A DNA stretch of 64,000 nt from a virus, in the IMG/VR virus record IMGVR_UViG_3300023184_000029, positions 32,001 to 96,000 of that record. One strand, written 5' to 3'. The notes under the pieces were generated by a model that searched no databases, was not told the origin of the DNA, and worked only from the letters and a program-made list of their open reading frames with translations. Positions 51,050-60,161 of this stretch are shown piece after piece. A program made the position numbers and the translations under genes. Numbering within the stretch: the first letter of the stretch is position 1; the number at the start of each line of letters is the position of its first letter.

Positions 51050-51106
51050 AATCGAATCTGTTTTGGTGTATATAGAAGTAGTTAAACTTTCTATTAGGAG
51101 ATTAAT

Positions 51107-51592
51107 ATGGTCAATTGTAGACATTGCGGTAAAGAAACAAATAATCCTAATTTTTGCTCTAGATCTTGTGCAGCTAAAACAACTAATAAAATACCTAAAC
51201 GCAAGAAAAAGATTAATCATTGCTCATTGTGTGGCAAAGAGACAGGTTTTTTTAGAAGGAAATTCTGTATAGATTGTAATCCTATGAATAAAGATTGGAA
51301 TTCTATAACTTATGGAGATGCTATCCAAACTCGTAAATATCAAAAGAATTCTAGGATCAGGAATCTATCCAGAAAAATCTATAAATCATCTGGTAAACCA
51401 GAATGTTGCATGATTTGTAAATACGATAAACATTTTGAAGTATGTCATATTAAAGCTATTTCCTCCTTCCCTAAGACTGCAACAGTTGGAGAAATAAATC
51501 ATATAAATAATCTTATAGCTCTTTGTCCCAACCATCATTGGGAATTAGATCATGGAGACTTAATACTGCCGGAAGGATTTGCACCCTCGTAA
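51107..51592 (+). CDS. HNH endonuclease
   Basis: CRHC..FCSRSC; CMIC..EVCHIK..NLIALCPNHHWELD. Confidence 0.88.
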   Translation: MVNCRHCGKETNNPNFCSRSCAAKTTNKIPKRKKKINHCSLCGKETGFFRRKFCIDCNPMNKDWNSITYGDAIQTRKYQKNSRIRNLSRKIYKSSGKPECCMICKYDKHFEVCHIKAISSFPKTATVGEINHINNLIALCPNHHWELDHGDLILPEGFAPS

Positions 51593-51636
51593 ATCAACTT
51601 AGAAGGTTGACGCCTAATCTACTCGGCCACGGCAGC
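51564..51636 (-). tRNA. trnR-UCU: tRNA-Arg(UCU)
   Basis: GCTGCCG/CGGCAGT; TCAAC-CTTCTAA-GTTGA. Confidence 0.87.
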
Positions 51637-51659
51637 GTATATGTATTATATCATATCCA

Positions 51660-51850
51660 CTCAACGCCGCAAGCCCACATGGCGTCCCATGTAGGCTATA
51701 CGGTTTGATGGTGGGATCACTTTACCATCGTAATATTACTAGTAGCAGACCCCTTCCCGGCAACCACGCCGGTTATTAGTTGGTTAGACTCTACTAGGTG
51801 GGTCTGAGCCCACTCCATTACGCGGGACGAATCCCGCCGCACTATGCCTA
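51660..51850 (-). ncRNA. candidate structured ncRNA
   Basis: At least five hairpins plus a long-range CTAGTAG/CTACTAG stem in a non-coding gap. Confidence 0.5.
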
Positions 51851-51887
51851 AAATCTATTTATACTGACATAGTCCAGTTTATCAAGA

Positions 51888-52139
51888 TCAAGCCTCGACG
51901 GTTTCCTTCTCAACCTTACCAGAGTGGGCATCACCGGCCTGCTCCGCAGTCACGCCCGTGACCCTAGCCCGCCAGACCTTATAACCCTGCTCTGAAAAAG
52001 CCTTGACCTCGCCAGCCTTGACATTCGCATGAACATCGCCAGGGAGGCTATCGCTCAGGCAAGAACGAATCGAATCAACCACACCGTCACGATCAAGCTC
52101 ATCCGCAACCACATCAACCACAAAGCTAAACTTCTTCAT
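51888..52139 (-). CDS. hypothetical protein
   Basis: GGAAAGG RBS; promoter upstream. Confidence 0.7.
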   Translation of the reverse strand: MKKFSFVVDVVADELDRDGVVDSIRSCLSDSLPGDVHANVKAGEVKAFSEQGYKVWRARVTGVTAEQAGDAHSGKVEKETVEA

Positions 52140-52339
52140 TGTAAAAAACCTTTCCAAAAGTGTTATCGAACCAAGTAAAGTAATTATACACACCAAACAT
52201 CACTTGTCAAGGGCTAAGTCGAACTTTGTAGTTTGCGATCAACCAGCGTCTTGTCGTGTGATGCTATCATTCTACCATATAGTATCGTCATCGTCAAGGT
52301 GTTTGCATGAATGATTTTTTGGTATTCTCATGATTTGTT

Positions 52340-52419
52340 CTAAGTTGTTGAAGTATAAGGAGTTACGTCAAATTTGGCCGGCCCGCCTCGCCGTAAGTGT
52401 TTTACGGACAAGGCTTTAG
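52340..52419. repeat. R1 module, copy 6
   Basis: 80 bp, 27-26-27 geometry. Confidence 0.9.
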
Positions 52420-52420
52420 G

Positions 52421-52792
52421 TCAAGAGAGAAAGCCCTCACAACCCAAAGTGGTCAGTTCACGCAGCAACTTCTCAGCCGCTTCGGGCGTCTTGAAAGTAA
52501 TGCTCTGCCTAACGTTCGGTTGAGCAGGAACGAACCTATCATACTTCCAGCCACCCACCATACCATCGGTCCACTCCTTACTTTCCTTCAAACCCCAGCC
52601 AGTAGCAATCCGAATCGCCTTGATGCAAGGGATGCGGTTGTCCAGAGTCATGCCGCCAGTGATCGTCACCTGTCGCCTCTGGTTCACGCCCAGAGCAATC
52701 TCAATAGCGTTGACGATACGATCATGCAAATCATTGCTAGCCGTATTAGCAATAGCAACAGCCTCGGCCACAGTCACCTGAATACTAATCAT
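52421..52792 (-). CDS. protein with a ribosomal L7/L12 C-terminal-like domain
   Basis: RIPCIKAIRIATGWGLKESKEWTD resembles the bL12 KI.VIK.VR..TGLGLKEAK..V motif. Confidence 0.7.
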   Translation of the reverse strand: MISIQVTVAEAVAIANTASNDLHDRIVNAIEIALGVNQRRQVTITGGMTLDNRIPCIKAIRIATGWGLKESKEWTDGMVGGWKYDRFVPAQPNVRQSITFKTPEAAEKLLRELTTLGCEGFLS

Positions 52793-52794
52793 CT

Positions 52795-53220
52795 TTAAAC
52801 CCTTTCTTCCAAAATATAAACTTGTTTACCGTTAGTCAAGAGAGTAGCATACTCGCTACCATCCCAAATGAATTCGTTACTATCGCTTTCTCGTCGCCAG
52901 TGCGGATCTCTTAGTGGGTTATAGTACAATTTTTCAAGATTGTCAATAGGTAATGAAGGATAAAAATCTTTCCTTAACATTACCTCCTCACACCGAACCC
53001 ACCCACTAACATCATGCACTCCAGCCTCAAATACCTGTTTAGCCTTATTCGGCCTATTCCACAACTTACAACCCCGCATCTCTAACTGATATTTTTTGGG
53101 GTCAACGTAGTATACATCAACTGTTTCCCCACCCTGTTTAACTTTCACTTGCCAGAACATATAATGGGGTCCGTTGCTCAAATGGAAACGAACTTCGCCA
53201 TGCAGTGGTTTCTGTTTCAT
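52795..53220 (-). CDS. hypothetical protein
   Basis: ORF; promoter upstream. Confidence 0.7.
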   Translation of the reverse strand: MKQKPLHGEVRFHLSNGPHYMFWQVKVKQGGETVDVYYVDPKKYQLEMRGCKLWNRPNKAKQVFEAGVHDVSGWVRCEEVMLRKDFYPSLPIDNLEKLYYNPLRDPHWRRESDSNEFIWDGSEYATLLTNGKQVYILEERV

Positions 53221-53269
53221 GCTTATACTATACCTTATAGAAACGATCTTGTCAAGACCCCGTATTCTC

Positions 53270-53314
53270 GCTGACTATCGCCAAGACCACCAAATCCGTA
53301 GGATTAGGAAAGAC
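53270..53314. repeat. repeat family R2, copy 5
   Basis: GCTGACTATCGCCAAGACCACCAAATCCGTAGGATTAGGAAAGAC. Confidence 0.75.
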
Positions 53315-53458
53315 AAGCAGGCTTCCGCCATACTCGACCAACATTTCAGACAACCTCTTTTGATATCATTGTGGTTGTCCCCACACTTGCTTTCCCGTTT
53401 AAGTATACCTCTATTATCGGCAAATGTCAAGAGAAGTCTTTAAAAAATATTTTTGAAC

Positions 53459-53538
53459 GTAAGTCTTTTGCGGTCAAGTACTTACAACAAATTTCGCCCG
53501 CCGGATTTCTCCTAAGTCCTTATGCTGTAAGAAGTTAC
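53459..53538. repeat. R1 module, copy 7
   Basis: 80 bp, 27-26-27 geometry. Confidence 0.9.
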
Positions 53539-53706
53539 ATCTAAGAGTTTTCAAAAACTAACTCCACATATTTATTAACAAGTTCAGGTAGTGAAATCTC
53601 ATGAGTACCGATTAGTTCTTTAGTCTTATCTACATTGTGCTTATTTACAGCGGCCATTCTATTTTTGAAAAAACTCAGAATATAGATCATGGCCTTTTCT
53701 CTATCG

Positions 53707-54024
53707 TTAGTCATACAACCCCTTAGTATATTCTTCTGGGATAATGGGACACCAACTCTTTGCTCGTTCCTCATCATATGGAAGCCAGAACGGAGCATCA
53801 CAAGCGTCACAAGTCCACGGTTTGGCTTGGTTGGTAAAAACGTGCTGGCAAATCTCTATCTCTTTATCTACAACCTTTTCATTATTTTCATTGTAATAGT
53901 ATGTTTCCATCTTTCGGTCTGGATGGTAAGAATAGTACCCAATTCCTATACCAATATTGGGGCCAAAGTAATAAACCTTCTGCCCAACCTTTGGCGGATT
54001 CTTATGAGAGTTATTCCATTCCAT
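53707..54024 (-). CDS. hypothetical protein
   Basis: ORF tiling. Confidence 0.65.
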   Translation of the reverse strand: MEWNNSHKNPPKVGQKVYYFGPNIGIGIGYYSYHPDRKMETYYYNENNEKVVDKEIEICQHVFTNQAKPWTCDACDAPFWLPYDEERAKSWCPIIPEEYTKGLYD

Positions 54025-54145
54025 TACTTAGTTACCTCAATACTCCACTTAGTACCCTTCAACTCAGCAATCACAGTCATATCCAACTTAACCAGTTCGG
54101 CCACAATTTCGGCCAACCTCTCAATATCATTAAGATTAAGATAGA

Positions 54146-54373
54146 TCATTTTCCCCTCACAATAATTACACACTCAACATCATTATTGCTATCCGTCATA
54201 TTAACATACTCATGACGACCAATATACCAAGTGTCCTTGTCATTAGCATCAAGTACCACACTATCCGACTTCACACTGATATCATCAAGGCCACCCTCAT
54301 AACCAAGAGTAAGAACCCTCATATCGGACGGATAATTCTTCAACTGCTCAATAAGTTCGTTAACGGTCATCAT
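54146..54373 (-). CDS. hypothetical protein
   Basis: MTVNELIEQL..P.DM.V pattern. Confidence 0.65.
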   Translation of the reverse strand: MMTVNELIEQLKNYPSDMRVLTLGYEGGLDDISVKSDSVVLDANDKDTWYIGRHEYVNMTDSNNDVECVIIVRGK

Positions 54374-54624
54374 TCACCCTCCCCAAACATACTTGCCCAA
54401 GCCTCATTATCATTACCCGTCATCAGAATCTCACGCTGTTCAGAATCCAGATACGGAAAGCAACTCTGAATCAGTCCACCATTCAGCCATTCATTAGCAT
54501 CACTCAACTTTACCGTAATAATAAACTGCCTATCACTAGACGTATATCCAGAAAATACAAGATTATCACCTTCCACAACCCTACGCACATTATCAGTCAA
54601 ACAATATCTAGTAAAACCAATCAT
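54370..54624 (-). CDS. hypothetical protein
   Basis: CAGGAG RBS; LIQ.CFPYL...REILMTG. Confidence 0.7.
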   Translation of the reverse strand: MIGFTRYCLTDNVRRVVEGDNLVFSGYTSSDRQFIITVKLSDANEWLNGGLIQSCFPYLDSEQREILMTGNDNEAWASMFGEGE

Positions 54625-54703
54625 ATTTTTTCTCCTGTGCTACCATTCTACTATCTATTATCGACACTGTCAAGAGGGTTTCTTGAAGAAAAATTTTTAA
54701 GAT

Positions 54704-54783
54704 GTAAAGTGTTGTAGCACAAGCAGTTACGACGAGCCGGGCCGCCCCCGTTTGCTCTAAGTCTTTTAGCAGCAAGACTTTAT
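54704..54783. repeat. R1 module, copy 8
   Basis: 80 bp, 27-26-27 geometry. Confidence 0.9.
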
Positions 54784-54785
54784 AT

Positions 54786-55043
54786 CTACTTTAGCAGATA
54801 GGTTATTTTCTGTCCATTTTCAATCATAGCCGTATAGGCCGCAATTCGCCTATCCTTTTCACGCTTCTCAATTTGGTGGTCTGTCTCACCGATCTCTAGC
54901 GAGTCGCACTTACGCTCCAGATCAGTTAAAGAAACGCTATCAGTACGATTGTCTCTAAATTCTTCTGGCAGCCAGCTATTTGGAACCAGAATCAGATCAT
55001 TGATAAGTTTCTCAAATTCTGCCAGCAACTCATAACCATTCAT
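54786..55043 (-). CDS. hypothetical protein
   Basis: AAGGAG RBS before ATG at 55043. Confidence 0.7.
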   Translation of the reverse strand: MNGYELLAEFEKLINDLILVPNSWLPEEFRDNRTDSVSLTDLERKCDSLEIGETDHQIEKREKDRRIAAYTAMIENGQKITYLLK

Positions 55044-55059
55044 ATCTTTCTCCTTTGTA

Positions 55060-55560
55060 TTAAAACCAGCGGAACCATTTACGATCCGGTTCCTATAGCC
55101 CACACCTATAACTTTCAAGGTTTGGAAACCGCCCACGCTGCTTCACTGCTTTCGGGCACCTAATATCAGGCAGTTTATCAGAGGCAACGGTTACTGGTTG
55201 TTCGGTATCCGGCTGTTATTTCAGTGATTCTATCCGATGAAAGATAGAACGCAAGCGTAATGTTGCGGTGTTAATTCACTCTATTACCCGATGAAGGATA
55301 ATACCGGATTGTATTGGCCGTGGTGAGGATGCAATCCCCCATAGATTGGTATTCTAGCCTAACGTATAACCCCGTCAAGCAGCCTTCGGGTACGAAATCC
55401 CGGAACGCTTAGTCGAATAGGTTATCCCAATCTAGTCCAAGGCATGGACCCACGGATGTTTGTATTGTAGGACCGATTGTAGAAGACGTTTCCTAGGACA
55501 TCAACTACCGCTTTTACCGGCTGCTCGGCCCGACACAACCAACAAGTTTTCACTTGTTCT
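55060..55560 (-). ncRNA. candidate large structured ncRNA or leader (~500 nt)
   Basis: Follows the promoter at 55567-55594; many nested stems with G-U pairs on the minus strand; no credible ORF. Confidence 0.65.
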
Positions 55561-55623
55561 TCAATCATTCTACCATCTATTATCGGCTTGTCAAGAGAGT
55601 TTCTTGAAAAATTATTTCTAGAC

Positions 55624-55703
55624 GCAAATCGTTTAGAGATAAGGACTTATGTCGAGTTCGGCCGCCCGCCCTATCCCTAAGTTGTTTAAGGATAAGGACT
55701 TAC
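55624..55703. repeat. R1 module, copy 9
   Basis: 80 bp; CTAAGTTGTT-TAAGGAT-AAGGACTTAC. Confidence 0.9.
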
Positions 55704-55705
55704 GA

Positions 55706-55909
55706 TTAGTTATTACTAGCCCCAATAGACTCACGAACTCTAACGATACCATCAGTTCTGGCAATCTCAAGAGCCTTACAAAAGAACTCAAAGAAAGTAT
55801 CCATTTCAGTATGTACAGCTTGCTCATCAACAGTGGTAGCATTTATCAGACAAATGGCAAAATTTCTCACACAATCAGAAACAGCATCTCGTTCTTCAGT
55901 TGTCAACAT
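55706..55909 (-). CDS. hypothetical protein
   Basis: GGGAGAG RBS; promoter upstream. Confidence 0.65.
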   Translation of the reverse strand: MLTTEERDAVSDCVRNFAICLINATTVDEQAVHTEMDTFFEFFCKALEIARTDGIVRVRESIGASNN

Positions 55910-55971
55910 AATTCTCTCCCTTTCTGCTCAATATACTCTATTAAAAACCTTTTGTCAAGCCCCGACTACTG

Positions 55972-56015
55972 GCTGACTATACCCACTCAACCAACCCGGC
56001 AGGGTTAGGCGGGAC
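55972..56015. repeat. repeat family R2, copy 6
   Basis: GCTGACTATACCC..CCAACCCGGCAGGGTTAGGCGGGAC. Confidence 0.65.
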
Positions 56016-56233
56016 AGTTATGCGTGATTCTTTCCACGATGATATTATCCCCATAGTGCTTTTCCGCTAATCTAATAGCATGATAGGTACTCTGGGCCTC
56101 GACATAACCCAAAAGCTTATATCCTCTCATTACCATATAAGTATCAGTATTCACGCTTCCTCCTCCGATCCTGCGAACATTTCCTCTTTTGATTTCCCAT
56201 ATTCTACACTACTATTATCGGCCTGTCAAGAGC

Positions 56234-56779
56234 CTAAACCTGAGTTTTTCTTTTAAGAAGTTTCCCACACGAACCGTATTTTTCCACAAAACTATCAAAA
56301 TTATCATGATAGTACATATTCATATTATCACAATAACTATCAAAAACGGGAGTATATCCTTCCTTACCCCTTTTAGTATTATTTTCCTCAGCCCACAAAT
56401 CGATCATATTAGAATGGGTCCACTTAATCTTTACGCCCGTCGGAGTCAGGAATATTAAAAAGACCACATCGCACAATTCCGGCTTAATCTTTTGAAAATA
56501 ATAATAAGAACGATTTCCCCTGATCTTAATCGAAGACATTTTAACTTCAACTTTAATCCTATCATCCACAAGAATATCAAAATCACTATTAGAACCATAA
56601 TGCTGCACAATAAACCCACTCATCATAAGTTTTTTAACCAGCATCTTCTCGCCAAACAAACCCCTGTCTGTACTATTTAACAGACTAATGCGATAGGACA
56701 GCTCATCCTTTTCTGTAGAATAAATCTTTTCCTTGACCAATTCAGCCTCGATCTCTTCAAAATCCGCAATAGTGAACAT
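56234..56779 (-). CDS. PD-(D/E)xK nuclease-like protein
   Basis: GE..V..L..G; DFDILVD..KVEVK. Confidence 0.6.
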   Translation of the reverse strand: MFTIADFEEIEAELVKEKIYSTEKDELSYRISLLNSTDRGLFGEKMLVKKLMMSGFIVQHYGSNSDFDILVDDRIKVEVKMSSIKIRGNRSYYYFQKIKPELCDVVFLIFLTPTGVKIKWTHSNMIDLWAEENNTKRGKEGYTPVFDSYCDNMNMYYHDNFDSFVEKYGSCGKLLKRKTQV

Positions 56780-56868
56780 TATTATGTCCTTGTTGGCAGT
56801 TTTCGTTCCTCGATAGTCTTAGGATACCATCACTATCGGCAGTTGTCAATAGATTTCTAAAATTAATC

Positions 56869-56948
56869 GTAAACCCATATGGCTTAAGGAGTTGCGTCAA
56901 ATTCGGCCCGCCGCCCGCGTCCTAAGTCCTTTGGTGTCAAAGGGTTAG
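56869..56948. repeat. R1 module, copy 10
   Basis: 80 bp, 27-26-27 geometry. Confidence 0.85.
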
Positions 56949-56979
56949 GAGTTGGGCATTCTTTAGGCAGAAACTGCTA

Positions 56980-57384
56980 CTAGAACAGCAGGCTAGCAAC
57001 CTTGCTGGTAAACAGCGTACCAGCCAGCAAAGGCTTGCGACAATTAGTCACACGCTCTGCATAGAAGTTACGCACCTTTCCGTCGAACGTGCGACAAGTT
57101 ACCAGATGGTTCGTGCGAATGAAATTGGGATCATTAGCACGATACCGACTTCTGCTATTCAGCTTGCGAATTTGATCAGCAGTAAGCGTCTGCTTACCGA
57201 TCACCTTAGCAAGGAATCGCTCATGAGTTCCATGCAATGGCTGTTCGTAGGTAAAGTTGAAAACCTGACCCTCAACAGCATTAGCAAGACTAGTTCTAGA
57301 ACCGCCATAGACAGCATAGAACAGAAAACTGGCAACAACAGCAACAGCAGCAAGAAGACCACCAACCACAAACAAATTATCCAT
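56980..57384 (-). CDS. membrane-anchored hypothetical protein
   Basis: N-terminal TM; AAGGG RBS. Confidence 0.7.
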   Translation of the reverse strand: MDNLFVVGGLLAAVAVVASFLFYAVYGGSRTSLANAVEGQVFNFTYEQPLHGTHERFLAKVIGKQTLTADQIRKLNSRSRYRANDPNFIRTNHLVTCRTFDGKVRNFYAERVTNCRKPLLAGTLFTSKVASLLF

Positions 57385-57452
57385 AATCAACCCTTTCGTT
57401 AGGAAAACCAATCGTTCAACTCTCAGCATTCTACAACTATTATCGACATTTG

Positions 57453-57746
57453 TCAAGCCTCAACTTGAACAAAATTTTCTTTCCAATACTCTTGCATTTC
57501 CGCAAGGTTCACCGCACTATCATTCCACGACACACCGTCGGGCGTTTCATAGAAAATAGCACTGGTATATTTCCATGAAGTATTCAAAAAAGCATCGCTA
57601 GACAAATCACGAAGCCTAGCCATAAAATCTTTATAGTCTTGACACACGGCCGCAAATTCGTTCAGACCTTGATCATTACTAATCCAAAGGCATACGTTCC
57701 ACGTTTGGTAGTTCGCATAGCCGTTATAGGTTCCGTCAGGACTCAT
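57453..57746 (-). CDS. conserved small phage protein (YNGxxNxxTW family)
   Basis: YNGYANYQTWNV.LWI.ND; ETPDGVSW. Confidence 0.7.
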   Translation of the reverse strand: MSPDGTYNGYANYQTWNVCLWISNDQGLNEFAAVCQDYKDFMARLRDLSSDAFLNTSWKYTSAIFYETPDGVSWNDSAVNLAEMQEYWKENFVQVEA

Positions 57747-57829
57747 ACTTCACCCCTTCTTTCATATTGTCATTCTACCATCTATTATCGACCAATGCAA
57801 GAGGGAATCTTGAGAAAATTTTTTTAGAC

Positions 57830-57909
57830 GTAAAGTGTTGATACATAAAGAGTTACGTCAAATTTTTGCGGCCCCGCTCGCCCTAAGTCGTTATCTGACA
57901 AGGGTTTGC
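57830..57909. repeat. R1 module, copy 11
   Basis: 80 bp, 27-26-27 geometry. Confidence 0.9.
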
Positions 57910-57917
57910 GGATAGTT

Positions 57918-58145
57918 TCACTCAAAGTCTACAAATATAACTTGAGCATAACCCCTAGGCTTAATTGTAAAGCCATCGCCAAAATCATAAGTATCACTCT
58001 TAACGCCCGTCATGCCAGCCAGTTTCTTAGCATGATATGTTACGCTACGCTGAGAGTCATTCTTGGGAACAAACTCCCAACGCTTCACCCAACCATAATT
58101 AGCTTCACCACCGAAAGTATCGGTATGAGTTACAACACATTTCAT
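57918..58145 (-). CDS. hypothetical protein
   Basis: TDTFGGEANYGWV motif. Confidence 0.7.
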   Translation of the reverse strand: MKCVVTHTDTFGGEANYGWVKRWEFVPKNDSQRSVTYHAKKLAGMTGVKSDTYDFGDGFTIKPRGYAQVIFVDFE

Positions 58146-58344
58146 ATTCCAATCTCCTCTGAACTAAAAGAACAAACATTCAAGCCACTAGCGGCCACAA
58201 CAGTATCAAACATGATACCAAGAAACTCTTGTCGGTCAACAGCATCTGTCATGTTATGTTCCGGCAAGTCTAGAACATACTCGCTCGAAATAGGCTGTTC
58301 ACCATTTTCATTTTCCACAACAATATCAAAGAATCGGCATTTCA

Positions 58345-58608
58345 TTAGTAATCTTCTCCCCCAAAGTAACCGTAATCTTCATCCGTTCCGAATCCCGCAT
58401 CACGCATGGCTGAATCAAAATCCCCATCCATGCTATCATCGTAAGAATCATATTCTTCGTTCTCCAAATCTTCTTCATCATCATCAGTAAACTGACTCTC
58501 AACTTCATGCTCCGCGTCTGGATGATAGCTTGAACTATCCTCTCCATAGAAAACAGCATCATCATCATAAGAATTATCAAAATCGTAAAGGGGATCAGGA
58601 TGGCTCAT
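58345..58608 (-). CDS. highly acidic protein
   Basis: 33 of 87 residues D/E, one Arg, no Lys. Confidence 0.7.
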   Translation of the reverse strand: MSHPDPLYDFDNSYDDDAVFYGEDSSSYHPDAEHEVESQFTDDDEEDLENEEYDSYDDSMDGDFDSAMRDAGFGTDEDYGYFGGEDY

Positions 58609-58666
58609 GTTTCTTTTCCTTTCTTATGGTCACAGTCTATCAAAAAAAACTTAGCTTGTCAAGAGA

Positions 58667-58873
58667 CTACCACCGATTCCGGCGATACTCTTCTCGCAAA
58701 TCCTCTTCCTCTTGCCTTTGGCGACGAGTAACAGCCGGACCTTCGCCGGTCAGGTAAGCGTCACGGGCAGCATCGTAACCGTCATCACTATCTTCCATCG
58801 GCTCACAATGCTCACCACAACGCGGGCAAATATCTTGAAACCGAACCAGAATACCACAGCAATCACTAATCAT
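58667..58873 (-). CDS. small zinc-ribbon protein
   Basis: SDCCG..ICPRCGEHCE; paralog at 60234-60392. Confidence 0.7.
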   Translation of the reverse strand: MISDCCGILVRFQDICPRCGEHCEPMEDSDDGYDAARDAYLTGEGPAVTRRQRQEEEDLREEYRRNRW

Positions 58874-59243
58874 CTTTCACTCTCTCTTTCTCTCACTCTA
58901 TCCTACACTACTATTATCGGCTTGTCAAATGCCTTTTCTTGAATCTTTCTAGATTGAAAGGTTGTCCGAATACTCTTCCGGTACACACTCGTCCACAACC
59001 CCAACAATGTCGGCCCAATCCCAAAAATCAACTTCCACGCTAGGATCGTCAATCGGCTCAACAACCCCTTCGCTCACCATGCCAGCCAGAATCAGATTGA
59101 TTTCATCAAAATCGTGAAGCATTGGTATTTTCCTTAGTGGTTTCCCTTGTGATGCTGTCATTCTACAGTGTTTATCGGCCAATGCAAGGTAAATCTTTGG
59201 AATTTTTTAAATATAATTCTGTGCCAAACGGGAAATATTTTTG

Positions 59244-59258
59244 TGGCACAGCTTTTGC
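59244..59258 (+). promoter_or_regulatory. sigma54-like -24/-12 motif
   Basis: TGGCACAGCTTTTGC (GG-N10-GC). Confidence 0.5.
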
Positions 59259-59271
59259 GTCGATGCTCGTC

Positions 59272-59351
59272 GTAAGTCTATGCTATCAAAGTAGTTACGA
59301 TTCGCGGGGCCGCCCCGGTTTGCCCTAAGTCTTTATAGGGCAAGGGTTTGC
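59272..59351. repeat. R1 module, copy 12
   Basis: 80 bp, 27-26-27 geometry. Confidence 0.9.
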
Positions 59352-59558
59352 GTTAAGAATTTACAATCCAAGCAACCAAGCAACCAGCCACAAAAGAAAT
59401 GGTAAGAATGATAGAATCCGAATTAATCATTATTATCCTCGCTATTCCTTACATAAAAAACCAAATCAGAAACAAACCAAGAACACAACACGCCAGCAAC
59501 AAATCCCACACCTATTTGTACCCAGTTAATATCGACCATCCTTGTCGCCTTTCTTTAA

Positions 59559-59789
59559 TTATGCGGGGTTCAAAGCATTATCCGCAAGAGTAGTAATCTT
59601 AGACCAAGCAGAATCCACAGTATTATCATCACGCAAATAAATTGTATGCTGATCGCCGGGAATATCACTAATAATAGAAACTTGCCAACCACAAGGGGTA
59701 GACCAACCACAACCCGAACGAGTAATAATAACCTCACAACCCTCAAGGTAAGTATCGGTCAATTCTCTAATTTGTTCAACAGTAATCAT
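59559..59789 (-). CDS. hypothetical protein
   Basis: AAGGA RBS. Confidence 0.6.
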   Translation of the reverse strand: MITVEQIRELTDTYLEGCEVIITRSGCGWSTPCGWQVSIISDIPGDQHTIYLRDDNTVDSAWSKITTLADNALNPA

Positions 59790-60161
59790 TTTTATTCCTT
59801 ATTCTTCCAATACTGATTTTGCAGATAATTATCAACAACACCAAAAGCCTGAGCAAACAACCAGAAAGCCACGTTAGCAAAAGCATACATGGCAAGGATA
59901 GTAAAAATCCAAGCATTTATAATGATAATATTGGTCATTTTCCAACCTTCTCTTTCTTCTGCATCATTTCCAGATAGAGTTTTTCCAACAACTTAACCTG
60001 TTTAATAGCACGATTAGTTTCCCGATCCATTCTTTCAATAGCTTTTTGATGTGAAGTTTTCATTTCTTTTTTCCTCTACTTCTTATATCGACATTCTACC
60101 GTCTAATCTTTAGTTGTCAACTAGAAAATTTTCTTGCAATATTGAAAGGTTCCCCTAGCTT

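Noticed and set aside
51660-51850. RNase P, SRP or 6S identity for the structured RNA
   Set aside because: No GAGGAAAGUCC P4 motif, no SRP helix-8 motif, and not a single long hairpin
55043-55136. N-terminal extension of ORF 54786-55136
   Set aside because: A strong AAGGAG RBS precedes ATG 55043; the extension lies in RNA hairpins
55228-55303. Hammerhead ribozyme from the CCGATGA repeats on the plus strand
   Set aside because: The core would need CTGATGA plus GAAA; G-U pairing favours the minus strand
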